Assembly (NCBI RefSeq): GCF_963921235.1
Contig: NC_086108.1
Span: 114,082,001-114,146,000 of the forward strand
Reading direction: 5' to 3'
Origin: Mobula hypostoma
Taxonomy: Eukaryota
Length of the DNA: 64,000 nucleotides
The notes beneath the pieces are model-generated. The model was not told the origin of the DNA. It did no database searches and saw only the letters and a list, made by a program, of their open reading frames with translations. The position numbers were made by a program, and so were the translations under genes. This document shows positions 13,906-24,024 of this stretch, one piece after another; position 1 is the first letter of the stretch; each line of letters begins with the position of its first letter.

Positions 13906-14493
13906 TATTAACCCATGACCTCCGGCTGTAGCCCCACCCAATCACAGTGGAAAAACCTGGTTGCATTTACCCTATCTATACCCTCAGAACTTTGCATACG
14001 TCATATGAGGATAAGTCCAGTGAGCTAGGGCTTTTCTCTTTGAAGCAGAGGATGAGACACGACCTGATAGAGGTCTACAAGATAAGAGTCATAGAGCAGT
14101 CAGAAACTTATTCCCAGGGTCGAAATTACTAATTTGAGGGGACATCATTTTAACATGATTGAAGGAAAATATAGGGCGAAGGGGGAGGACGTCAGTGGTA
14201 ACTTTATTTTTATAAATACAAACACAGAGTGGTGGGGATGTGGAACACCTGGCAAAGGGTGGTGGTAAGGACAGACAAATTAGGGCAAAGTGTTCTACTA
14301 TTGTGCTCTGCCGGGATAATTTCCCCTTCATGAGCCACTATACCTTTCAACACATCAGGTGAAACGCTAGGGTGGGGAGAGTGGGGTGCTGGTGCAGAGC
14401 TGTGTGAAAGTGGCCATGCACGTGTGGAGGTGAAGAGCATGGACGAGGCTGCACACTGCTGGTGATACAGAGTACTCAGTAGAGACCACTGAC

Positions 14494-14591
14494 CTCTCCA
14501 GTCCTGTCGTACTCTGCAGCTGCTGGGAGCACCTCCTCCCGGGCAAACTTCCGCGCTGTCTCCTGGAACTCGCGCTGCTCTGCTGTGAGCT
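14494..14591 (-). CDS. ACADM: ACADM coding exon 3 ([33 protein letters not shown])
   Basis: ttacag|AG CTC ACA...GGA GAG|gtcagt; 98 nt. Homologous to human [33 protein letters not shown]. Confidence 0.96.
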
Positions 14592-15889
14592 CTGTAACAT
14601 TCAGGGTAAAAGCAAGAGGTGAGGGAGATTCCCACGACCTAATGTTAAACCGGAAGCATCATCTACTGCAACTTTTTCCAGTTGCTGGTGGTGCCTCCAA
14701 CAATAAAGCACTCTGCACTGCACAGAAACGCTCTCAAACAATGGACTCCAAAAATGGCACAGTGCCTCACAGCCCTGGAGACCCGGTTTGATGCCAACTT
14801 CTGGGGTCGTCTGTGCACATCCTACTTGTGACTGCATGGGTCTCCCCCAGGCGCTCTAGTTCCCTCCCACATCCCACCGATGGGTTAATTGGCTGTGGGA
14901 ATTTGAGGGGAATAAATGAGATCTGTGTAGAATTGGTCTAAATCGAAGGGCCACAGGCCTTTATCTTTCTACAACTCTGGTCAGGATAACACACCATTCT
15001 GGAGCCAGTGATGTCAGTGTGACCTAGTGAAATACTGGGTGGCTTACAATGGGCCAGCTTACAACTGCTGCCATTCCATGGAAAGGACATGCAAGCTTCT
15101 AGCAGAAGTGAATGGAAATTTCCAGACTGGCTCATCGAACACTACAGCACAGGAATAGGCCCTCTGGCCCACAGTGTGTGCCAAAGGAAAGAACAGTATC
15201 ATTGTCAAGGTTTCTGTAGTTGCCAAACCTGGGCAAAAAGTACTAGCGTAAACGGGCATTTGGTCAGCATAGATGAGTTGGGCCGAAGGGCCTGTTTCCT
15301 TGCTGTTTCACTCTGGTGCCCAAGTACCAGGCTACTTGGGTGGTGGGGTGAAAATGTAAGGCTCTCTTTCCCCCGCTAGCCTGCAGGTCACCCTTGGGCA
15401 AGGTGTAGCACCTGCCTAGCCCCCCAATCAGGGTCATGTGAAACCATGGGAGCTGGTGGTGGATAGTCATATGAGCAGAGGCTACATAATCACAAGTCCT
15501 GGTTATGTGACCACTGACATGAGGCAATCTCTGAAGAATATTGATAATGGCTAGGGTCACCCATCTTGTAAAGACACTGCCTAGAAGGTGGCAATGGCAA
15601 ATCACTTCTGTAGAAAAAATTGCCAAAAACAATAATGGTCAAGACCATAATCACTCACATCACACGACAGGACACATAATGAATGAATTACCCAAGTACC
15701 TCCATATATCAAACAACATTGGACACAGCACTGACCCCTGTAGTACACGACTGGTCAGAGGCTTCCGGTCAGAAATGCATCCTTCCACCATAGACCCTTG
15801 CCCTCTTATTATTGATCCCCATACCACAGGAAAAGGAGGCTGAATCTTTGGCAAGGAGGATGAGATCTGACTCGACAGGTGTACAACAT

Positions 15890-18154
15890 GATAGGAAGCA
15901 TAAGGCCTTAAGACAAAGGAGCAGAATTAGGCCATTCAGCACATGCTCCACCATGCAAGCATGGTTGATTTATTATCCCTCTCAACTCCATTCCCCTGCT
16001 CCTCCCCATGACCTTTGACAGATTTAGCACCCTGTCCAGAGGAGTTTTTTCCTCACCTCTGTTCGCAATGGACATCCCTCTATTTTGAGGCTGTGTCCTC
16101 TGGTCTGAAACTCTCCCACTACAGGAAACATCCTCTCCACATTTACTCTCTAGGTCTTTCAATACTTGATAGGTTTCAATGAGATTCCCCCTCATTCTTC
16201 TGAACTTCAGCGAGCATAGGCCCAGAGCCATCAAATGCTCCCCAGACATAGAAAAATAGAAAACCCACAGCACAATACAGGCCCTTCAGCCCACAAAGCT
16301 GTGCTGAACATGTCCTTACTTTAGTAGTTACCCAAGGTTACCCATAGCCCTCTAATTTTCTAAGCTCCATGTACCTGTCCAGGAGTCTCTTAAGAGACCC
16401 TATCATATCCGCCTTCACCATTGTCGCCACGCACTCACCACTCTCTGCATAAAAAACTTACCCCTGACATCTCCTCTGTACCTACTCCCCAGCACCTTAA
16501 AACTGTGTCCTCTTGTGCTAGCCATTTCAGCCCTGAGAAAAAAACCTCTGACTATCCACACGATCAATACCTCTCATCATCTTATGCACATTTATCAGGT
16601 CACCTCTCATCCTCCGTCACTCCAAGGAAAAAAGGCCGAGTTCACTCAACCTGTTTTCATGAGGCATGCTCCCCAATCCAGACAACATCCTTGTAAATCT
16701 CCTCTGCACCCTTTCTATGGTTTCCACATCCTTCCCGTAGTGAGGCGACCAGAACTGAGCACAGTACTCCAAGTGGGGTCTGACCAGGGTCCTATACAGC
16801 TGCAACATTACCTCTCAGCTCCTAAACTCAATCCCACGATTGATGGAAGGCCAATGCACCATATGCTTTCTTAACCACAATACCTTGCATTCCTGGGATT
16901 GAAAGATAGAAATATACAGCACATTATAGGCCCGTTGGCCCACAATGTTGTGCCAACCATGTAACCTACTCTAGAAACTGCCAAGAATTTCCCTACCCCA
17001 TAACCCATGTACCTATCCAAAAGTCTCTTAAAAGACCCTATTGTATCTGCCTCTACCACCATCACCGGCAATGCATTCCACGCACCTATCACCCTGTGTG
17101 AAAAACTTACCTCTGACATCCCCTTGTACCTACTTCCAAGCACCTTAAAACTATGCCCCCTCGTGTTAGCCACTTCAGCCCTGGGAAAAAGCCTCAGGCT
17201 ATCCACATGATCAAAGCCTATCATCTTATACACCTCTATCAGGTCGCCTCTCATCCTCTGTTGCTCCAAAGAGAAAAGGTCAAGTTCACTCAACCTATTC
17301 TCATAAGGTACACCCTCCATTCCAGGCAACATCCTTGTAAATCTCCTCTGCACTCTCCCTGTAGTATCCACATCCCTCATGTAGTGAGATGACCGGAACT
17401 GAACACAGTACTCCAGGTGGAGTCTGACAATGGTCTTATCTTGTGAGGCTCTCTGGATCCTCTCCAATGCCAATATATCAGTTTTTTTTTAAAAAGACAA
17501 GGTGGAGGGGAGCGTGGACCCCAAGCTGGCAGGTGAATCCAGAGAGAAGGTGAGATGCTGCCTGACCTGCTGGGTTTCTCCTGCACTTTCTGTTGCTCCA
17601 GAGATCCAGTTTCTGCGGAATCTCTTGTGGCTCTTTCCACAGAACAATTCAGCACAGCATCAACCTTTCGGCTCATGATGTTGTGCCAACCTTTTAACCT
17701 ACTCCAAGATCAGTCTAACCCCTCTCTCCTACACAGCCCACCATTCTTCTATCATCTACGTGCCTATCTAGGAGTTTCTCAGATACCTCTAGCCTGTCTG
17801 CCTCTACCACCACCCCTGGCAGGTCAGGTCACCACTCTGTGTAAAAGAACATTCTTCCTCCATTCCCCTTATACTTTCCTCCAATCATCTTATAATTATT
17901 GTCCCTCATATTAGCCATTTCTGTCCGGGGGAGGGAAGAAGAGGGAGTCTCTGCTGTCCACTCCATCTTCACCTCTCATCTTGTACACCTCTATCAAGTC
18001 ACCTTTCATCCTCCTTCCCACCAAAGAGAAAAGCACTAGCTCACTCAATGCATCATCATAAGACATATTCTCTGATCAGGCAGCATCCTGGCAAATCCCT
18101 CCTGCAGTGTTTCTGAAGTTTCTACATCCTTCCTGTAATTAGATGAACACAATA
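15890..18154 (-). mobile_element. Stack of several minus-strand CR1 3' fragments
   Basis: ORFs 15908..16273, 16617..16808 and 16871..17473 each encode the CR1 C-terminus, with repeated 3'UTRs. Confidence 0.85.
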
Positions 18155-19520
18155 CAGGTATCCCCTGCTTTTCAAATGTTCACTTTACGAATCCTCGCTG
18201 TAAAGCCTAAAAGAGCTCATGTTACATTTAGTGTAAAACTAGACATAATTAAGCATTTTGATTGTGGTGAATGAAGTAAGGACAAAGTGAGTTTGGCTTG
18301 TGGAAGTTGACGAAGACGATGTTGAAGGGGTTTTGGCAGCCCATGACCAAGAACTGATAGATGAAGAGCTGATGCAGTTAGAAAAGGATAACAATCGAAA
18401 CCGAATGCAGTAGCGAACGGACCGAAAGTGAAGTCGTCCAGGAACTGAACTTGAAGCAACTGCGTGAGATTTTGGCTGCAATGATTGCAGAAAAGTACGA
18501 CTTTAATTTTGAAAGGGTACATAGGTTTAGGGCATATTTGCAAGATGGTTTGAGTGTTTACAAAGAACTGTATGATAGAAAAATGCACGAGGTTAAGCAG
18601 TCAAGCATACTGTTGTCTTTCAAGCCTTCCACATCAGCCACAGCAGACAACGAACCTCGATCTTCGACATCGAGGCCGGCAGACATAGAAGAAGATGACC
18701 TGCCTCCCTGATGGAAACAGACGACGATGAGATGACACCCCAGTGTCCCACCACAACCCCCAGACTGCGGACCGATACATTACTGCGGAGAATGCAGTAG
18801 TAGCCAGACGCACCCAACACATCTTTAAGAAAAACGCCGAAATAATTGCTGATTGTGTCGCCTCTGATCTGGGCTGACATTTACGTGCTGGGTGGCACCT
18901 AATTAATTAGCTTGTTTATTTCAGCTTTTTTCTTAAAGATGTGTTGGGTGCATCCCGGCTACCGCTGCACCGCTGCATGCTTTGCGGATCAGTATCGGTC
19001 CGCAGCCTGGAGATTGGGGACAACTGCACCACCCCAACCTCCGACGACTCAGCCTAACACACCATCATCAGTGTGCTCGACGCTGTCTTCCCAATTCTGG
19101 TAAGTGATACTGCACTGTACATACATTATTTCTACTTTATATAGGCTGTGTATTTTTACATGTTATTTGGTATGATTTGGCAGCTTCATAGCTTAAAGGT
19201 TACTGAAGAGAGTGTTTCTGCCGAGAGCGCTTGAGTAAGATTTTTGCTACGGAGAACAGTGCGGCAATGATTGTAGAAAAGTATTTCTACTTTATATAGG
19301 CTGTGTATTTATCATATCATTCCTGCTTTTACTATATGCTACTGTTATTTTAGGTTTTATGTGTTATTTGGCATGATTTGGTAGGTTACTTCTTGGGTCT
19401 GCAAACGATCACAAATTTTTCCCATATAAATAAATGGTAATTGCTTCTTCACTTTACGACATTCCGGTTTACGAACCATTTCATAGGAACGCTCTACCTT
19501 CGGATAGCGGGGGAAACCCG
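18155..19520 (+). mobile_element. Tigger/pogo-like DNA transposon, internally deleted
   Basis: TA|CAGGTATCCCCTGCTTTT ... ATAGCGGGGGAAACCCG|TA imperfect TIRs with TA TSD. ORF 18451..18711 resembles a Tigger C-terminus (YKELYDRK...KQSSI). Confidence 0.8.
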
Positions 19521-19851
19521 TACTGCAGAGTGGATTAGCATAGCTTTTATAGAGCTGCAACATTTCCTCATGCTATTGAGTTCAATCCCCTGACTAATGA
19601 AGGCCAAAACACTACATGCCTTCTTTATCCACCCTATCAACTTCCACGGCAAGTTTTGAGGGATCTATGGACGTGGGCCTCAAGATGTCTCTGCCCCTCC
19701 GCACTGTTAAGACATCTTCCATTCACCCTGTATTCTGCCTTCAAGTTTGACCTTCCAAAGTGAATCACTTCACATTTTTCTGGGTTGAACTCCACCTGTC
19801 ACTCCTCAGCCCAGTTCCCCATCCTGGACAACCTTCTATATCTTCATCGAG

Positions 19852-20679
19852 ATGCAGCTCCTAAGGGACCGCGTTACGGAACTGGAGCTGCAGCTCGATG
19901 ACCTTCGTCTGGTCAGGGAGAGCGAGGAGGTGATAGAGAGGAGTGGAAGGCAGGTGGTCACGCCGGGGCCACGGGAGGCAGACAAGTGGGTCACGGTTAG
20001 GAGGGGGAAGGGGAAAAGGCAGGTGATGGGGAGTACCCCGGCGGCTGTGCCCCTTAACAACAGGTACTCCTGTTTGAGTACTGTTGGAGGGGACAGCTTA
20101 CCTGGGGGAAGCGACAGTGGCCCTGCCTCCGGCACAGAGTCTGGCCCTGTAGCTCAGAAGGGTAGGGCAAGGAAGAGGAGGGCAGTTGTGATAGGGGACT
20201 CGATAGTAAGGGGGTCAGATAGGCGATTCTGTGGACGCAGTCCAGAGACTCGGATGGTAGTTTGCCTCCCTGGTGCCAGGGTCCGGGATATTTCTGATCG
20301 TGTCCAAGATATCCTGAAGTGGGAGGGTGAAGAGCCAGAGGTCCTGGTACATATAGGTACCAATGACATAGGTAGGAAAAGGGATGAGGTCCTGAAAGAA
20401 GAATATAGGGAGCTAGGAAGGGAGTTGAGAAAAAGGACCGCAAAGGTAGTAATCTCGGGATTACTGCCTGTGCCACGCGACAGTGAGAGTAGGAATGCGA
20501 TGAGGTGGAGGATAAATGCGTGGCTGAGGGATTGGAGCAGGGGGCAGGGATTCAAGTTTTTGGATCATTGGGACCTCTTTTGGCGCAGGTGTGACCTGTA
20601 CAAAAAGGACGGGTTACACTTAAATCCTAGGGGGACCAATATCCTGGCAGGGAGATTAGCAGTTAGCAGGGGCTACTGA
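19852..20679 (+). CDS. CR1 ORF1 fragment: coiled coil plus SGNH/GDSL esterase domain
   Basis: LLRDRVTELELQLDDLRL heptads and esterase blocks IGDS, HIGTND, DGLH. The N-terminal zinc finger is missing. A 7-bp duplication (20656-20669) alters the last codons. Confidence 0.9.
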   Translation: MQLLRDRVTELELQLDDLRLVRESEEVIERSGRQVVTPGPREADKWVTVRRGKGKRQVMGSTPAAVPLNNRYSCLSTVGGDSLPGGSDSGPASGTESGPVAQKGRARKRRAVVIGDSIVRGSDRRFCGRSPETRMVVCLPGARVRDISDRVQDILKWEGEEPEVLVHIGTNDIGRKRDEVLKEEYRELGRELRKRTAKVVISGLLPVPRDSESRNAMRWRINAWLRDWSRGQGFKFLDHWDLFWRRCDLYKKDGLHLNPRGTNILAGRLAVSRGY

Positions 20680-23600
20680 GGTGACTTTAAACTAGAATGG
20701 TTGGGGGTTGGGAATCAAATTAAAGAGGCTAGGTGTGAGGAGGTTAGTTCACAACAGAGGGATGGGAACCAGTGCAGAGAGACAGAGGGGTGTAAAGTGA
20801 GCGTAGAAGCAAAAAGTACAAAGGGGAAAAGTAAAATTGGCAGGCCGACAAATCCAGGGCAAGCATTAAAAAGGGCTAAGAGAGTTGTAAAAGAGCGCCT
20901 GAAGGCTTTATGTGTCAATGCAAGGAGCATTCGTAATAAGGTGGATGAATTGAAAGTGCAGATTGTTATTAATGATTATGATATAGTTGGGATCACAGAG
21001 ACATGGCTCCAGGGTGACCAGGGATGGGAGCTCAACGTTCAGGGATATTCAATATTCAGGAGGGATAGACATGAAGGAAGGGGAGGTGGGGTGGCGTTGC
21101 TGGTTAAAAAAGAGATTAACGCAATAGAAAGGAAGGACATAAGCCGGGAAGATGTGGAATCGATATGGGTAGAGCTGCGTAACACTAAGGGGCAGAAGAC
21201 GCTGGTGGGAGTTGTGTACAGGCCACCTAACAGTAGTAGTGAGGTCGGAGATGGTATTAAACAGGAAATTAGAAATGTGTGCAATAAAGGAACAGCAGTT
21301 ATAATGGGTGACTTCAATCTACATGTAGACTGGGTGAACCAAATTGGTAAAGGTGCTGAGGAAGAGGATTTCTTGGAATGTATGCGGGATGGTTTTTTGA
21401 ACCAACATGTCGAGGAACCGACTAGAGAGCAGGCTATTCTGGACTGGGTTTTGAGCAATGAGGAAGGGTTAATTAGCGATCTTGTCGTGAGAGGCCCCTT
21501 GGGTAAGAGTGACCATAATATGGTGGAATTCTTCATTAACATGGAGAGTGACGTAGTTAATTCAGAAACAAAGGTTCTGAACTTAAAGAGGGGTAACTTT
21601 GAAGGTATGAGTCGTGAATTAGCTAAGATAGACTGGCAAATGACACTTAAAGGATTGACGGTGGATATGCAATGGCAGGCATTTAAAGGTTGCATGGATG
21701 AACTACAACAATTGTTCATCCCAGTTTGGCAAAAGAATAAATCAAGGAAGGTAGTGCACCCCTGGCTGACAAGAGAAATTAGGGATAGTATCAATTCCAA
21801 AGAAGTAGCATACAAATTAGCCAGAGAAAGTGGCTCACCTGAGGACTGGGAGAAATTCAGAGTTCAGCAGAGGAGGACAAAGGGCTTAATTAGGAAGGGG
21901 AAAAAAGATTATGAGAGAAAACTGGCAGAGAACATAAAAACGGACTGTAAAAGCTTTTATAGATATGTAAAAAGGAAAAGACTGATAAAGACAAATGTAG
22001 GTCCCCTGCAAACAGAAACAGGTGAATTGATTATGGGGAGCAAGGACATGGCAGACCAATTGAATAATTACTTTGGTTCTGTCTTCACTAAGGAGGACAT
22101 AAATAATCTTCCAGAAATAGTAAGGGACAGAGGGTCCAGTGAGATGGAGGAACTGAGCGAAATACATGTTAGTAGGGAAGTGGTGTTAGGTAAATTGAAG
22201 GGATTGAAGGCAGATAAATCCCCAGGGCCAGATGGTCTGCATCCCAGAGTGCTTAAGGAAGTAGCCCAAGAAATAGTGGATGCATTAGTGATAATTTTTC
22301 AAAACTCGTTAGATTCTGGACTAGTTCCTGAGGATTGGAGGGTGGCTAATGTAACCCCACTTTTTAAAAAAGGAGGGAGAGAGAAACCGGGGAATTATAG
22401 GCCGGTTAGCCTAACGTCGGTGGTGGGGAAACTGCTGGAGTCAGTTATCAAGGATGTGATAACAGCACATTTGGAAAGCGGTGAAATGATCGGACAAAGT
22501 CAGCATGGATTTGTGAAAGGAAAATCACGTCTGACGAATCTCATGGAATTTTTTGAGGATGTAACTAGTAGAGTGGATAGGGGAGAACCAGTGGATGTGG
22601 TATATTTGGATTTTCAAAAGGCTTTTGACAAGGTCCCACACAGGAGATTAGTGTGCAAACTTAAAGCACACGGTATTGGGGGTAAGGTATTGGTGTGGGT
22701 GGAGAATTGGTTAGCAGACAGGAAGCAAAGAGTGGGAATAAACGGGACCTTTTCAGAATGGCAGGCGGTGACTAGTGGGGTACCGCAAGGCTCAGTGCTG
22801 GGACCCCAGTTGTTTACAATATATATTAATGACTTGGATGAGGGAATTAAATGCAGCATCTCCAAGTTTGCGGATGACACGAAGCTGGGTGGCAGTGTTA
22901 GCAGTGAGGAAGATGCTAAGAGGATGCAGGGTGACTTGGATAGGTTGGGTGAGTGGGCAAACTCATGGCAGATGCAATTTAATGTGGATAAATGTGAAGT
23001 TATCCACTTTGGTGGCAAAAATAGGAAAACAGATTATTATCTGAATGGTGGCCGATTAGGAAAAGGGGAGGTGCAACGTGACCTGGGTGTCATTATACAC
23101 CAGTCATTGAAAGTGGGCATGCAGGTACAGCAGGCGGTGAAAAAGGCGAACGGTATGCTGGCATTTATAGCGAGAGGATTCGAGTACAGGAGCAGGGAGG
23201 TACTACTGCAGTTGTACAAGGCCTTGGTGAGACCACACCTGGAGTATTGTGTGCAGTTTTGGTCCCCTAATCTGAGGAAAGACATCTTTGCCATAGAGGG
23301 AGTACAAAGAAGGTTCACCAGATTGATTCCTGGGATGGCAGGTCTTTCATATGAAGAAAGACTGGATGAACTGGGCTTGTACTCGTTGGAATTTAGAAGA
23401 TTGAGGGGGGATCTGATTGAAACGTATAAGATCCTAAAGGGATTGGACAGGCTAGATGCGGGAAGATTGTTCCCGATGTTGGGGAGGTCCAGAACGAGGG
23501 GTCACAGTTTGAGGATAGAGGGGAAGCCTTTTAGGACCGAGATTAGGAAAAACTTCTTCACACAGAGAGTGGTGAATCTGTGGAATTCTCTGCCACAGCA

Positions 23601-23700
23601 AACTGTTGAGGCCAGTTCATTAGCTATGTTTAAAAGGAAGTTAGATATGGCCCTTGTGGCTACAGGGGTCAGGGGGTATGGAGGGAAGGCTGGGTTCTGA
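20680..23700 (+). CDS. CR1 ORF2: APE-like endonuclease plus reverse transcriptase, no in-frame ATG at its start
   Basis: Open for about 1000 codons. EN motifs VNARS, ITETW, MGDFN, SDH; RT motifs [27 protein letters not shown]. The first in-frame ATG is at 21304. Confidence 0.95.
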   Translation, partial: GDFKLEWLGVGNQIKEARCEEVSSQQRDGNQCRETEGCKVSVEAKSTKGKSKIGRPTNPGQALKRAKRVVKERLKALCVNARSIRNKVDELKVQIVINDYDIVGITETWLQGDQGWELNVQGYSIFRRDRHEGRGGGVALLVKKEINAIERKDISREDVESIWVELRNTKGQKTLVGVVYRPPNSSSEVGDGIKQEIRNVCNKGTAVIMGDFNLHVDWVNQIGKGAEEEDFLECMRDGFLNQHVEEPTREQAILDWVLSNEEGLISDLVVRGPLGKSDHNMVEFFINMESDVVNSETKVLNLKRGNFEGMSRELAKIDWQMTLKGLTVDMQWQAFKGCMDELQQLFIPVWQKNKSRKVVHPWLTREIRDSINSKEVAYKLARESGSPEDWEKFRVQQRRTKGLIRKGKKDYERKLAENIKTDCKSFYRYVKRKRLIKTNVGPLQTETGELIMGSKDMADQLNNYFGSVFTKEDINNLPEIVRDRGSSEMEELSEIHVSREVVLGKLKGLKADKSPGPDGLHPRVLKEVAQEIVDALVIIFQNSLDSGLVPEDWRVANVTPLFKKGGREKPGNYRPVSLTSVVGKLLESVIKDVITAHLESGEMIGQSQHGFVKGKSRLTNLMEFFEDVTSRVDRGEPVDVVYLDFQKAFDKVPHRRLVCKLKAHGIGGKVLVWVENWLADRKQRVGINGTFSEWQAVTSGVPQGSVLGPQLFTIYINDLDEGIKCSISKFADDTKLGGSVSSEEDAKRMQGDLDRLGEWANSWQMQFNVDKCEVIHFGGKNRKTDYYLNGGRLGKGEVQRDLGVIIHQSLKVGMQVQQAVKKANGMLAFIARGFEYRSREVLLQLYKALVRPHLEYCVQFWSPNLRKDIFAIEGVQRRFTRLIPGMAGLSYEERLDELGLYSLEFRRLRGDLIETYKILKGLDRLDAGRLFPMLGRSRTRGHSLRIEGKPFRTEIRKNFFTQRVVNLWNSLPQQTVEASSLAMFKRKLDMALVATGVRGYGGKAGF

Positions 23701-23915
23701 GTTGGATGATCAGCCATGATCATAATAAATGGCGGTGCAGGCTGGAAGGGCCGAATGGCCTACTCCTGCACCTATTTTCTATGTTTCTATATGATCCACA
23801 GCTCCCTCAACCTTACTAACCCACACTTTACGTCCACTGTATTGGTTGCAGCAGTGCAAGGCTGCTCAACACCAACTCACCTAGCTAATGTTAAGTTACT
23901 TGGAAGCCAACTTAC

Positions 23916-24024
23916 CGAAGTTGAATCCATGTTGCAATGGGTTTGCCCTGGGCACATCAGCAAAAACCCGGCTACTAGTCGATTGGCATCGCAAACCAGT
24001 CCAGAGGCTGGCCCTCAGTGTGCG
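23916..24024 (-). CDS. ACADM: ACADM coding exon 2 (RTLRASLWTGLRCQSTSSRVFADVPRANPLQHGFNF+G)
   Basis: ttttgaag|CGC...GGA TTC AAC TTC G|gtaag; 109 nt, phase 1. The end matches the GFSF-E end of mammalian ACADM exon 2, and the peptide is Arg/Ser-rich like a presequence. Confidence 0.9.

Larger units (their letters stand above)
19842..23792 (+). mobile_element. Young CR1-clade LINE, 5'-truncated inside ORF1, ORF2 uninterrupted; in ACADM intron 2, antisense to the gene
   Basis: ORF1 + ORF2 + 3'UTR ending in TTTTCTATGTTTCTAT. Flanked by TTCTATAT (19834-19841 and 23785-23792), and it splits an older minus-strand CR1. Confidence 0.95.

Noticed and set aside
14601..14837. ORF ending ...ASGLTLG as ACADM exon 2
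   Set aside because: It would leave an intron of under 50 nt and overlaps a SINE-like sequence. 23916-24024 has better splice sites and the GFNF motif.
20697..20699. ATG right after the TTTAAACTAG junction as the ORF2 start
   Set aside because: It is out of frame with ORF2, closes after 8 codons, and is absent at the other two CR1 junctions.
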